64,000 nt of DNA from the NCBI GenBank assembly GCA_963796955.1, contig CAWCNJ010000005.1, positions 32,001-96,000 of the forward strand. The letters are read 5' to 3'. Positions 28,743-38,976 of this stretch are shown here, one piece after another (positions within the stretch are counted from its first letter, which is position 1; every line of letters starts with the position of its first letter). Below the pieces are notes generated by a model. It was not told the DNA's origin. It made no database searches and was given only the letters and a program-made list of their open reading frames with translations. Both the position numbers and the translations under genes were made by a program. The DNA comes from Endomicrobiales bacterium (GTDB taxonomy: Bacteria > Elusimicrobiota > Endomicrobiia > Endomicrobiales > JALOBY01).

Positions 28743-28950
28743 AGCCTCCTCCTGCGTTTTGCCCGGTACCCCCGGAGGCGCCTTCCCGTATGGCATGAAA
28801 TTCATACAGCGTTCCCTGAAGCTGAGGCTGGGGTTCAAACTGCATTTTTTGCGTCGCAAGGTCTCCGCGGTCTATCTGGTGGACCATCGCGCACGAGCTT
28901 ATGCCAAACGGCAGGGCGCAAATGACAATGGACAGAAAGTAGCGTTTCAT
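28729..28950 (-). CDS. DUF4266-family small lipoprotein
   Basis: Lipobox-like ISSC and the C-terminal REGASGG...GGGCGCN signature. Confidence 0.9.
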   Translation of the reverse strand: MKRYFLSIVICALPFGISSCAMVHQIDRGDLATQKMQFEPQPQLQGTLYEFHAIREGASGGTGQNAGGGCGCN

Positions 28951-28951
28951 T

Positions 28952-30379
28952 CTAACAGTCGCCCCGTTCGCTGATATCCCTGATTATCGCCTGATAATAT
29001 TCTATCCACTCTATCACAAAATGCTGCATGCTCACTTCAACCGGGAACGTGGTGCCATCCTTTCGCTTGTGGGTCGCCCTGAAAATATTCGAACCTTTTT
29101 GATCCACTATCAATAGGCCGGTTTTCACGCTTTCCAGTGAATCTGTGGTTACCAGGTCATTAAATGTCATTTCCGCCAGCTCATCGTGGGTGTATTGGTA
29201 CACCCGCAGGGCTTTGTCATTGGCCTCTACAACGCGCATATCTTTGTTCATCATCATAATAATATCGTTGGCGAATTTTATCAAATAGTCGTACTTTTTC
29301 GTCATGGATTTTCGTTCCACTTCGAAGGTGTACTGTTTCCGGTAAAAACCTACCAGCTGGCCGTACCACATAATGCCAAGCCAGGCGCCAAGCCCGACCA
29401 CAAAGATCACGTCGAGAACAATAACATAGTACGCCCTTTCTCTAACGGGCTCGTTGACTTCCGCTTTATCGATCTTCTCTATCAGCTGCCAGGACGTACC
29501 AGGGATGCTGCGTAGGGAAACAAGCACGGGAACACCGCGGTAATCCAACCCCTCGCCTTTTAGTTTTTTGTCGCCTACCGCCAGAGGGTCCAGGTAACCC
29601 TCTTTTGCCGAAGGCTGCCTGAGCGTAAGGGCACTGTCCTTTAAATACTTCAGTTCGTTCAGATATTGTACGCTGTCATCTTTTTCCCTGACCAGATAGG
29701 TTTCCATAGTTTTGTCCAGGCCCGGGCTTGCCTGCAAAAGCGGGTAGAGAAATTTGTATGGATTGATCTTCAATACGATAAGGCCTATTACTTTTGTAGT
29801 GTTCAGGCTTGTCTCAAATACCGGTACATAAATATCCAGGTCTATGGTCTGGTCAAAATCGTTCCGGTAGAGGTCCGAGAATATTATTTTCTTTGTTTGT
29901 ATGGCCTTCAGCCCCTGGCCGGTGCCATATTTATCAAGCGGCACATGCTCGCCGCCGGAACAGCCGAAGGCGATAAGCTTAAGCGATGTATCATACAAAT
30001 AGATGCCATCGTACTCAGGGTTTTTGTGGATATCGGCGGTCCATTTGCAAAAAAACTCCTGCCGCACGATGCTGTCGCCTATGTCGGACAGGTGCTTGAA
30101 TTTCCGGGCATCTACATAATACGGCGTCAGCGTGAAGGCGTCGTCCAGGCGTTCCTGTCGCCAATTGGTTATCTGGTTGGCCTTTAGCTCAGATATTATC
30201 GCCAGGTCGTTCTCGCTCTCCCTGATGTTTATTTTCTTTATGCTTCGAAAATATACGTAACTGGCCGCGATAACTATAACTATCAGCAGCACATAGACGG
30301 AGGACAAACGTTTTATGGTGGTCTTTAGATTCTGGTTTATTGCGGTGAACTGGATGATGGTATTTCTCCTGTATATCAA
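28952..30379 (-). CDS. Membrane sensor: TM-Cache-like-TM-PAS, no output domain
   Basis: Two TM helices; DYRGVPVL Cache-like end; PAS/PAC (RKDGTTFPVEVS...AIIRDISER) followed by a stop. Confidence 0.8.
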   Translation of the reverse strand: MIYRRNTIIQFTAINQNLKTTIKRLSSVYVLLIVIVIAASYVYFRSIKKINIRESENDLAIISELKANQITNWRQERLDDAFTLTPYYVDARKFKHLSDIGDSIVRQEFFCKWTADIHKNPEYDGIYLYDTSLKLIAFGCSGGEHVPLDKYGTGQGLKAIQTKKIIFSDLYRNDFDQTIDLDIYVPVFETSLNTTKVIGLIVLKINPYKFLYPLLQASPGLDKTMETYLVREKDDSVQYLNELKYLKDSALTLRQPSAKEGYLDPLAVGDKKLKGEGLDYRGVPVLVSLRSIPGTSWQLIEKIDKAEVNEPVRERAYYVIVLDVIFVVGLGAWLGIMWYGQLVGFYRKQYTFEVERKSMTKKYDYLIKFANDIIMMMNKDMRVVEANDKALRVYQYTHDELAEMTFNDLVTTDSLESVKTGLLIVDQKGSNIFRATHKRKDGTTFPVEVSMQHFVIEWIEYYQAIIRDISERGDC

Positions 30380-30452
30380 TTACATAATTGTACTTGATAA
30401 ACCGGCGCTCAGGGGTAACGGCTTTCTACGTTACGATGACTAGTTTCCGGGC

Positions 30453-30497
30453 AAAAAAAACGGGTGCCGCGAATTTTGTCCGCGACACCCGTTTTTT
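30453..30497. terminator. Bidirectional intrinsic terminator after glutamine synthetase
   Basis: A8-CGGGTGCCGCG...CGCGACACCCG-T6. Confidence 0.8.
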
Positions 30498-30512
30498 ATT
30501 TAATCTGCGCCC

Positions 30513-30540
30513 GTAGAGACGCAAAATATTGCGTCTCTAC
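30513..30540. repeat. GTAG-type REP-like palindrome
   Basis: GTAGAGACGCAAAATATTGCGTCTCTAC. Confidence 0.75.
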
Positions 30541-30541
30541 A

Positions 30542-32631
30542 TTAATATATAAACAACATCTGTTCGTACGTCGGAACCGGCCACAGGTCGCCGGGGATCT
30601 CGGCTTCCAGCAGGTCTACCTGCTCGCGCAGTTTCTTCATGTTAGCTATAAGTACCGCGGGGTCAGCACCTTTGTCCAACGCTGCCTCAAGGGCGCCGGT
30701 GACCGTGAATATCTTATCGCCTAACGCCGCTACCGTGGCAAGAGAAGAAGCCGTGGCTTTGGATTCCGTCCCTGACTTTTTGATACTTTCGCTCAGGTTA
30801 GAAAGTTCGGCCTGATAGGAAAGGGCAGCGGGAATGAAGAGCGTCTTCGCCATCTTAAGGGCTACGCCGGCTTCAATATGAACAACTTTTTCATATAGTT
30901 CCTTGTAGATCTCATTGCGGGAATGCAGCTCTTCCTTGGTAAGCACTTTATGTTTCTCAAAGAGCTTGAAGGTCTCTTCCTTTTCCATTTCGGCAAGTGC
31001 TTCCGGGGTCGTCTTCAGGTTCAGCAGGCCGCGTTTTTCAGCTTCGGCATGCCACTCTTCGGAATAGTTGTCGCCGTCATAGACAATGCGCTTATGTTTC
31101 TTGACGATATCCTGCAACACTTTCTGCAGGTCTTTATTGAAGTTGGCCTTGCTGGATTTCTCAAGGATGTCGCACATATCGCTGATCGCGTCGGCAACGA
31201 TGGTGTTAAGGATGAGGTTGGCGGCTCCCAGGCTCATGGAAGATCCCACCGCGCGGAACTCGAACTTGTTGCCGGTGAAGGCAAAAGGCGAGGTGCGGTT
31301 ACGGTCGGTCACGTCGCGGCCAATCGGCGGCAACATGGTTACGCCAAGCTCAAGCGTGCCGCCTTCCTTGGAAGACTTCGCGCCGCCTTTTTCTATCTGG
31401 CCGATGATGTCGGTAAGCTGTTCGCCAAGGAATATGGAGATTATAGCAGGCGGAGCTTCGTTGGCTCCAAGGCGGTGATCGTTGCCGGCAGAGGCGACGG
31501 CTGCGCGCAGCACGCCCTGATGTGTATCAATAGCTTTTAGCAGGGCGCATATAACGGTGATAAAGATAGCGTTGTCATGCGGGGTCGCGCCGGGTTCAGC
31601 CAATTCTTTCCGTCCGGGCCGATTATTGACCAGTTGTTATGCTTGCCCGAGCCGTTGATACCGGCGAACGGCTTTTCGTGCAGCAGGCAGACAAGGCCGT
31701 GCTTATCGGCAAGCTGACGCATGGTTTCCATGACCATCATGTTGTGGTCGATGGCAAGGTTCATTTCTTCATATATAGGAGCGAGCTCGAACTGTGCGGG
31801 AGCCACTTCGTTATGACGTGTTTTTGCCGGAATGCCAAGCTTCCACAAGCCGCGGTCAAGATCTTCCATGAAATTCATGATCCGCGAGCGTACCGCGCCG
31901 AAATAGTGGTCTTCCAGCTGCTGATTTTTTGAAGGCTTGCGGCCAAACAATGTGCGGCCGGTCTGCATCAGGTCGCTGCGCTGAAGGAAATATTCTTTAT
32001 CTATAAGGAAATATTCCTGCTCGGGCCCTACGGAACCGAAAGCGCGTTTGCCTTTGGTGTTTATGCCAAAAAGCTCGCCCAGGCGGTTAGCCTGGCGGGA
32101 AAGAGCGTCCATGGAACGGAGAAGGGGTATCTTTTTATCCAGCGCTTCGCCGTGGTATGAGTAAAACATTGTCGGTATGCAGAGTGTCGCACCGGTGTCA
32201 GAACGTTTAATGAAAGCCGGGGACGAGGGATCCCACACGGTGTACCCGCGGGCTTCTGCTGTTGCGCGCAGACCGCCCGACGGAAAGCTGGAAGCATCGG
32301 GTTCGCCCTGGATAAGCTCTTTGCCTGAGAATTTCCAGACCGCTCCGCCCTCACCGTCAGGGGAAAGGAAGGAATCGTGTTTTTCAGCGGTGGTGCCGGT
32401 CAGGGGCTGGAACCAATGGGTAAAATGTGTTGCGCCCTTTGAAAGCGCCCAATCCTTCATTGCGCCGGCGACTTCGTCAGCTATTTTGGGATCCAGGGTT
32501 TTACCTTCTTTTATCGTTGCACGCAGGGAATTATACGCTTTATCGGACAAATATTCCTTCATTACCTTCAGCGAAAATACATCTTCACCGTAGTTCTTCA
32601 CAACCGACGAGGCAGCCTTCTTCGTAGCCAT
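30542..32631 (-). CDS. glnA: Glutamine synthetase type III (one apparent frameshift near 31600)
   Basis: [51 protein letters not shown] and [18 protein letters not shown]. Confidence 0.93.
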
Positions 32632-32664
32632 TAGAGTCTCCTTCAAATTTATGTTGCCCCAAAT

Positions 32665-32745
32665 AAAAAAGCCCTTGCTCACGCAACAATATTGTGTGAG
32701 GTAAGGACCTCGTTGTCCTTTGCCGTGTGCTCACCGCTGATCAAA
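32665..32745 (-). promoter_or_regulatory. Putative ANTAR-type dual-hairpin attenuator
   Basis: Hexaloop hairpins TC-AGCGGT-GA and GGAC-AACGAG-GTCC (A1/G4 loops); the second overlaps a terminator ending AAGGGC-TTTTTT. Confidence 0.65.
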
Positions 32746-32813
32746 CCATGATTATCGGGGCTACTTATATATACAAAATATGGAATTGCGGTGTCAAGCA
32801 AATGTGCACCTAA

Positions 32814-32849
32814 AAGAACAGCCTCGCATTGACGTGCAAGGCTGTTCTT
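32814..32849. terminator. Intrinsic terminator after the TonB-dependent receptor
   Basis: AAGAACAGCCT...AGGCTGTTCTT hairpin. Confidence 0.65.
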
Positions 32850-32873
32850 GTACTAAGACGCTTCTACCGTAAT

Positions 32874-34973
32874 TTAGAATTTATAATACGCGGTAACATC
32901 GATCGTTGCGCCCCTTGGAGCTTCAACTGACATCCTGAACGGCGCGGCCACGAGATTTCTATTATCAAAAATATTCTTGCCCGTAAGCGCAACATCTAGC
33001 CTGTTTCTAATTACATTGTTCCAGCATAAACCAAGATCTGCATAAACCTGATTGTTTATGTATGCCCATTCACCGCCGGATGCATAATTAAAATACCCGG
33101 GCTGTTGCGTAAAGTAGTGCACGGCAGGGCTCAGGAACACATTTTCTATTACCTTATACTCGCCTATTAGATTTGCCATGATCTTGGGGACTGCCACGGC
33201 ATCGCCGGCCGGATCAGCAACGGAAATAGTAGAACCTGCGGCGCCCAGGATGCCGCCTACCGTACTGGAATAGGCAGTGTATGGGGTAAAATCTGTCTTT
33301 TGATAGCTCGCATTAGAGGTTAAGGTGAAGCTGTCGCTGAACTTTGTCTGTATTTCTAATTCAGCGCCGCCGCCTTGGAAGTTGCCAACGTTTGTGGCCG
33401 GGCTATACCAGGAAATATAGTTATCAAGCTTCTGAATATAAAAGTTTAACGATATCCTGCTTTTTGCCGCATACACAATGTTATCCCATTCCAACGCGCT
33501 CAAAACTTCCGGTACTTTGGCGTTCGGCTGGGATGCCCAGGACCAAATTGGAGCAACTTTCGCGCTGCCCCAAATTTCATTATATACACTGGCGGCAGCA
33601 TCAGGCATGTGGGTAGCGGTATTATACAGCAGTTTGGTAATGAACTTATCAACCGGCTTATAAACCAAAGCCACCCTGGGGGAAAGATAGATTTTATCCT
33701 TGTCTTCGAGGATCGAATCTTTGTCGCCCCTGCAGGCGCCTGTCAGCGTAAGGTTATCGTTAACTTTGTACTCATCAGACAAATATAAGCCAACGGCAGG
33801 GATATCGGCGTTCTCTATCATCTGCCAGGCATCCGTATTACCGGGTGCCACCGGAGACGGGTTGCTTGCGGCAAAATCCGCTAGATAATTGTCACGCACC
33901 TGTCTGTTTTTGTATTGCAGCCCCGCCTGGAAAAAGTTACTCGGTTTTTTGTATTGAACAGAATACTCTAAGCCGTAATCTTTTTCATTCCAGTCAAGAG
34001 TTCCTGAATCATCGTTGATATCAACGCTTTGCAGTTTTGTCCGGACCGTTCGTTTTGAATCATACGTCATTTTAAAATCGCCGGTCAGTCCATCCAGCAG
34101 ATCATTAAGGCTGTGGTTGTTATCAAGCACTACCGAATCCATGAATTCAAAACGATGACCCGGCGCCGCCAAAGATCCATCCGCATTACCGCCGTTTGCG
34201 GTATCGCTATTGATCGAATTTGCAAGAATGGTCCAGTTATTGACCTGCGCCTTGCCGGTAAGCATATAGCTGGGATAGATTGTCAGGACATTACTATCCA
34301 GGTTATCATTATCATTAGGGATCAACACTTTCGACGGCCTCATATTTACGCCGTTATCCTCATTAAAGGTTGCCGATGTCATAACGCTTACCTTGTCCGA
34401 CAATTTAGAACCGGATACTATCGAGGTTCCAAACTTGCCCTGGTTGCCTCCATGGACGATAACTTCACTGCCATCAGGCTGCTTTGTTATTAAGTTAATT
34501 ATAGCGCACAACGTGTCCGCGCCATACAACACGGAACCGGGACCTACTATGATCTCTATTTTTTCCACGTTGTCCAGGTTTATAGGTCCCTCAAGACAAC
34601 CCTCATTGGCGCTTACTATCGGGTGGCCGTCTATCATTATTGTGATCTTTTCATTATCATTGGGCGCTATGCCTCTTACCTGGGCGACACTGGTAATGTC
34701 CTTGTAAAACACGTTCATGCTGGGGATGGATCTTAGAACGTCCGACAGCGTGTTATACCCTCTCTCTTTGATCTGCTGGGCTGTAACAACATACATCGCA
34801 TTTGGCGCCTCGTCTATAGATTCCGCTTTCTTTGATGCCGTCACAACCATCGGGATTTCCATGAACAGCAGGTCTTCGGAACTACCTCTACTCACCTGCT
34901 CTAAACCCATAGCCTGGAACGGCAACGCACACACAGCCAGCAGGGACACCATCGCAACATGTAGCTTACACAT
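32874..34973 (-). CDS. TonB-dependent receptor
   Basis: Signal peptide; plug motifs VVTASKK and IEIIVGPGSVLYGA; KNIFD; C-terminal YYKF. Confidence 0.92.
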   Translation of the reverse strand: MCKLHVAMVSLLAVCALPFQAMGLEQVSRGSSEDLLFMEIPMVVTASKKAESIDEAPNAMYVVTAQQIKERGYNTLSDVLRSIPSMNVFYKDITSVAQVRGIAPNDNEKITIMIDGHPIVSANEGCLEGPINLDNVEKIEIIVGPGSVLYGADTLCAIINLITKQPDGSEVIVHGGNQGKFGTSIVSGSKLSDKVSVMTSATFNEDNGVNMRPSKVLIPNDNDNLDSNVLTIYPSYMLTGKAQVNNWTILANSINSDTANGGNADGSLAAPGHRFEFMDSVVLDNNHSLNDLLDGLTGDFKMTYDSKRTVRTKLQSVDINDDSGTLDWNEKDYGLEYSVQYKKPSNFFQAGLQYKNRQVRDNYLADFAASNPSPVAPGNTDAWQMIENADIPAVGLYLSDEYKVNDNLTLTGACRGDKDSILEDKDKIYLSPRVALVYKPVDKFITKLLYNTATHMPDAAASVYNEIWGSAKVAPIWSWASQPNAKVPEVLSALEWDNIVYAAKSRISLNFYIQKLDNYISWYSPATNVGNFQGGGAELEIQTKFSDSFTLTSNASYQKTDFTPYTAYSSTVGGILGAAGSTISVADPAGDAVAVPKIMANLIGEYKVIENVFLSPAVHYFTQQPGYFNYASGGEWAYINNQVYADLGLCWNNVIRNRLDVALTGKNIFDNRNLVAAPFRMSVEAPRGATIDVTAYYKF

Positions 34974-35016
34974 CGATCCTCCCTGAAACTTTATAATTAT
35001 TTCAATAACTACAATA

Positions 35017-35045
35017 ATTCTAACTATTACCCTGTCGGATGTCAA
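35017..35045 (-). promoter_or_regulatory. sigma70-type promoter for the TonB-dependent receptor
   Basis: TTGACA-17 nt-TAGAAT. Confidence 0.7.
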
Positions 35046-35159
35046 TGCTTTTATAATTCGTGCCAGACGGGTTCATAAAAAAGCCACTCCCCATATATAC
35101 CCTATATATATGAGGAGTGGGCTGGAAGCTTTTATAGGCGGAAGAACGATTACGATGAA

Positions 35160-35699
35160 CTATTTGCCCTGCTTTTCCTGCTCGGCATCAAGTTTGTCAA
35201 AGGCCTTGTCGGCGTTGGCTTTGATGTATTCTTTTACCTGGGCGCTAAGCTGGTTTACCTGGTCGGTCATCGATTTCAGATCGGCAAGGTCGAGAGCGGC
35301 AAGGGCATAGGTGACTTTGCCGTCATCGTAACGATCGATTATCTTTACGCCCGACAGTGTGTTAGACGAGAATGTTTTGACCGTGTTCTCGACATACTGC
35401 TCACCGCTGGTCTTTTCTGCCTCTGTGGCCGCGGCCGATGCCATGTAATCGCGCATGAGGGACGTTGACATGGTCGAGATCTGCTTGGAAACTTCGTTTA
35501 TAGCGCGGTTATCGGCCGTTGTGCGGCGAAGGGCCTCAGAGCGGATCTGTTCGGCAAGGCCGACGCCGTACAGTACCTTCTTGCCGTCTTTAAATGCGGC
35601 GCTGCCTTTGGTGACCCAATCCGGACGCTTCGGGCCGCTGGCGCAGCCTGCGAACACCATAAACAACGCTACGAGAGACAATGCTAATGCTTTCTTCAT
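35160..35699 (-). CDS. LPP20-like lipoprotein
   Basis: Lipobox FAGC, PDWV, YGVG and A..RA..E pattern. Confidence 0.75.
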   Translation of the reverse strand: MKKALALSLVALFMVFAGCASGPKRPDWVTKGSAAFKDGKKVLYGVGLAEQIRSEALRRTTADNRAINEVSKQISTMSTSLMRDYMASAAATEAEKTSGEQYVENTVKTFSSNTLSGVKIIDRYDDGKVTYALAALDLADLKSMTDQVNQLSAQVKEYIKANADKAFDKLDAEQEKQGK

Positions 35700-35718
35700 A
35701 CGATTTCCCTCCCGGGAT

Positions 35719-35734
35719 GTCCGCCGCGGCGGAC
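35719..35734. repeat. 16-bp perfect palindrome
   Basis: GTCCGCCGCGGCGGAC in an intergenic gap. Confidence 0.6.
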
Positions 35735-35756
35735 GAATTCTGTGGCAGCTACACCG

Positions 35757-36779
35757 CTACTCTCCGAATAAATAGTTTTTTACCAGCACTTCGGCGATAG
35801 ACGCCGCTTCCTGTTTGCTGATGGATTGTGCCTTTTGCTTTACTGCTTCGTCGGTAAGCTGGGAGACCTGGCCTTCTTTAGAATCGCTGGCCAGTATCTT
35901 TTCATTATTGAAATAATCCAGTAGTTGCACTGAACATTGATAGGTATAGAATTTCCAATCCGGATTATTACGCTCAAGCGGCTCCAATGAAGATTGAGCG
36001 CGTATCAGCAGCAGGGTGTCCGGCCCGGAAGCCGGCACAGCCTCCTGTACCTTAAACCCCAGGGCGGATATTTTTGAACCGATCAGCTCTTTGGCGCCGG
36101 GCTGCGCCGCCTCAATAATGAACTTTAACTTATTAAGGGCGAGCCGCTGGCGTTGTTGGATCTCAGTTCTGGAGACCGCGTCAACATCGGCTACCGCGAC
36201 CGGATCGACAACCCGTTTTTCAGCCGCAAGAGCATTTTTTTTATCCAGCGCCTTAAGAGCAGCGGCGTAATCACGCACCTGCTCGATGGCCGAGACCGTT
36301 TCTTTAGCCGCCTTCAACTGTGCTTCGACCGTTTGTTCCTGCTCCGCGATCTGCCCGGCAAGCGCCATGCGTAACTTTTGTTTATCCAGCACCGCGAGGG
36401 CGTATTGCGAAGCGTTCTTCGGGTCCAGCCAGGTTTCAGTGATCTCTACGCCTTCCAACTGCATGTCGGTCATGACTTGCGTATTTACAGAGGCTTCTAC
36501 TGAACTCGAATTGGCGGATTTTTTTCCGGACTGAACCGTGCGTTCGCTCTGGGTTTCTTTGGCCAGCTGGCTTACCTGAGCTTTAAAAACCTTTGCAACC
36601 TCCGCGCGCGCATTACCGCGGGCGCCGTCAAGGGAATCGGCTATACCGACGCCGATAAGATATTTATCGGCGGGGTACTGGGCGCTTATGCCGTTTACCC
36701 AATCAGGGGCGGAAGATCTCGCGATAGCACATACGCTGCACAACAACAGCAACGCGACAACAGACGACAGTTTCTTCAC
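35757..36779 (-). CDS. LPP20-like domain secreted protein
   Basis: Signal peptide; PDWV...YLIGVG...ARAEVAK pattern. Confidence 0.7.
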   Translation of the reverse strand: MKKLSSVVALLLLCSVCAIARSSAPDWVNGISAQYPADKYLIGVGIADSLDGARGNARAEVAKVFKAQVSQLAKETQSERTVQSGKKSANSSSVEASVNTQVMTDMQLEGVEITETWLDPKNASQYALAVLDKQKLRMALAGQIAEQEQTVEAQLKAAKETVSAIEQVRDYAAALKALDKKNALAAEKRVVDPVAVADVDAVSRTEIQQRQRLALNKLKFIIEAAQPGAKELIGSKISALGFKVQEAVPASGPDTLLLIRAQSSLEPLERNNPDWKFYTYQCSVQLLDYFNNEKILASDSKEGQVSQLTDEAVKQKAQSISKQEAASIAEVLVKNYLFGE

Positions 36780-36794
36780 AGTATCTCCTATGGA

Positions 36795-38213
36795 TCATTT
36801 AGCCGAGCGGACTTCGGCAAAGGTTTTCTTTTTCGCGACTATTTTCACATTCTCCAGCAGTTGTTCCCCAACCACCGAGCCGGAACGGTTCCTGAAGGTG
36901 ACTTTGATCGTGTGCGTGCCGGCGGGCAGGGGAATACGGACGGTCATTATTTTGTCCGGTAATGAACGCCAGCTGCGCTTATCGGAGGTTTCTGTACCGG
37001 TGGCAACGGCGCTCAGACCTTTTTTGGCGAGACTGGCGGCGAATTTGCCGTAGTTTTTCTCGACCATGTCGGAGACTTGTTTGGCAAGTATATGTTTTAC
37101 TGCCGCCCGGGCAATGGCCTTTATGCGGACGCGGTTGATATGGTCATCAAGGTTGGTTTTGGCTATAGAGCCGATATCGTCGGCCAATTGACCCGAGACC
37201 GGAAGACCGTTCAGATCTACCACCTGAGCTTCCACGGACACGGCTTCATACGGTATGTCGTCGTATTTCGGGAAGGCGATACGGATCATATCGTCGGCAA
37301 TGACAGATTTGGCGAGGCCTGCCGCCATGGCGGTTTTTTGGGCGTCTTCACCCTTCGGCTTCATCAAGGCGACGTTCGCCCAGGCTTTCCCAAAGGCCAT
37401 ATCGATAAAGAAATCAACCTTCTCGGGCGAGTAACCGGTGTAGGAAAGCAAAACCAGTTCTCCGGAACCCGCGGGAATGGTGTACGGGAAAACAGTAAAA
37501 TTCTTTTTTATATCGGCAATGTCATCGTTCATGCCAAGCTTTGCTGCAAGGCGCAGCGCGTCCGCCACCAGCTCCGTTGGAGGTGCGCAGTTAAAGTATT
37601 TGAACCCGTCTTTATACGCCTTCAGCGCCTGGTAATAAGAAATGTAGGCGTCATTAAGCTCGCCCATGTTCTCTTGCAGCATGCCCATAAGGTAGCGGGC
37701 GAAGGCGTCTTCTTTATAAATATTCTTTGATCCGGTATCGGTTTGCAGTTTGGTAAGGAACTGGTCCACCTGGCGGGCTTCTACCAGAGCGTCGTTGTCC
37801 TTGCCGAGGAAGGCATAATTCAAGGCAGAGAAGATATTTATGAGAGCGCGTTCAAAATCCTCGCCGTAATAAGGGCGGGTGTTGTCGCTGACCAGGAAAG
37901 TCGAGAGCTCGGTGGTAACGCTTTTTGTGAAATAATCGTCGGAAATCTTTTTGGCGCGCTCGAAAGACTCATTGCTTGCATCGTACTGGCCGGAAAGGTG
38001 CTGCAGGTAGCCAAGGTCAAGGTAATAGAGCAGGGCGTTCTTCTCGCCGTAGGACGTCATTTTTTCTGATTCTATCAGACCGGCGGCCTCGGGGTACCGT
38101 TTTTCGCCGATCATTTTATTCAAGTTGTTGTAGTAAGCGGTATTAGTGGCGCAGGAGGTAAGCAGGATTGCGCCGAAAGCGGCTGTCAGCAGGCATTTGA
38201 TGAGAGACTTCAT
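36795..38213 (-). CDS. COG3014-family TPR lipoprotein
   Basis: Lipobox LTSC; YYGEDFE, ALVEAR and DKRSWRSLP motifs. Confidence 0.8.
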   Translation of the reverse strand: MKSLIKCLLTAAFGAILLTSCATNTAYYNNLNKMIGEKRYPEAAGLIESEKMTSYGEKNALLYYLDLGYLQHLSGQYDASNESFERAKKISDDYFTKSVTTELSTFLVSDNTRPYYGEDFERALINIFSALNYAFLGKDNDALVEARQVDQFLTKLQTDTGSKNIYKEDAFARYLMGMLQENMGELNDAYISYYQALKAYKDGFKYFNCAPPTELVADALRLAAKLGMNDDIADIKKNFTVFPYTIPAGSGELVLLSYTGYSPEKVDFFIDMAFGKAWANVALMKPKGEDAQKTAMAAGLAKSVIADDMIRIAFPKYDDIPYEAVSVEAQVVDLNGLPVSGQLADDIGSIAKTNLDDHINRVRIKAIARAAVKHILAKQVSDMVEKNYGKFAASLAKKGLSAVATGTETSDKRSWRSLPDKIMTVRIPLPAGTHTIKVTFRNRSGSVVGEQLLENVKIVAKKKTFAEVRSAK

Positions 38214-38251
38214 AAATTTCGATCCCCTGTTCGCAAAACGACGGTAAAACA

Positions 38252-38308
38252 AGATCCTTTGCCCTTCTCCGCCGGAGCTTTAGCGCAGGCGGAGCGGACA
38301 AAGGATCT
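38252..38308. repeat. Hairpin containing a TCCGCC-AGCTTTAGC-GGCGGA type palindromic element
   Basis: AGATCCTTTG...CAAAGGATCT encloses TCCGCCGGAGCTTTAGCGCAGGCGGA (38268-38293). Confidence 0.65.
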
Positions 38309-38321
38309 ATAAATATAGTTT

Positions 38322-38936
38322 TTAGAAGCTTGAGCTGCTCTTTTTCACGACTTTCTTTATTTTCTTCTGGCCTATCCAGGCTTTTTCGCCGTTAGACATA
38401 TCTATCAGTTCAAGTTCTATCTGGTAGTACTTAAGGGATATCTTGCCGGCTTCGTCCATGATCGTGTTGATCTTGCCTTTTATCATGAAGTCCGCGCCGG
38501 TTTCATTTCCCGCAGCTTTGGCGCTAGACATGGAGGCGTTCTTGGCCTGATCCTCGCGTTCTGCGCGCATCTCTTCACGTTGCGATTTTGAAGCGACGAA
38601 TTTAACGCGGCCGGAATTGGTAAGTTCGCGCTCAAGGTCGGCAACAAACGTCTCGGTATTTATATGTTCATGGCTTTTGTTCAATACTTCGCCGACGATA
38701 ACACGGGGCTTGTTCTTCTTGGCGGTCACAAATTCGTCCAGCCAGGGGCGGCTGAGTGAGTCATTGATCATTTCTTTGGAGACAAGCTGGGAGTCCGTAT
38801 CGTTCCAATTGCCGCTGACGTCTATCATGGCATCGGATGACTCGCGGGTAACGACCGGCATACTGGAGCAGCCTGAAATACCGAACACTACAACGGCGGC
38901 TGCTGCACTTGCTGCAAGGGCGCGTACTAATTTCAT
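38322..38936 (-). CDS. Penicillin-binding protein activator LpoB-like lipoprotein
   Basis: Lipobox ISGC; SGNWNDTD, NKSHEHI, GADF and W...KKIKK. Confidence 0.8.
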   Translation of the reverse strand: MKLVRALAASAAAAVVVFGISGCSSMPVVTRESSDAMIDVSGNWNDTDSQLVSKEMINDSLSRPWLDEFVTAKKNKPRVIVGEVLNKSHEHINTETFVADLERELTNSGRVKFVASKSQREEMRAEREDQAKNASMSSAKAAGNETGADFMIKGKINTIMDEAGKISLKYYQIELELIDMSNGEKAWIGQKKIKKVVKKSSSSF

Positions 38937-38976
38937 TGTGGATCCTCCATTTATCTGCCTTCGTGCGGTACGAATA

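Noticed and set aside
28743..28859. N-terminal 39 aa of the 439-aa DUF3570 ORF
   Set aside because: It overlaps DUF4266 in another frame; a GTG with an AGGAGG RBS at 28742 gives a signal-peptide-like start.
31537..31620. Two-gene or pseudogenised glutamine synthetase
   Set aside because: Adding one base restores the expected ...NWLEPG... continuity, so an indel error is more likely.
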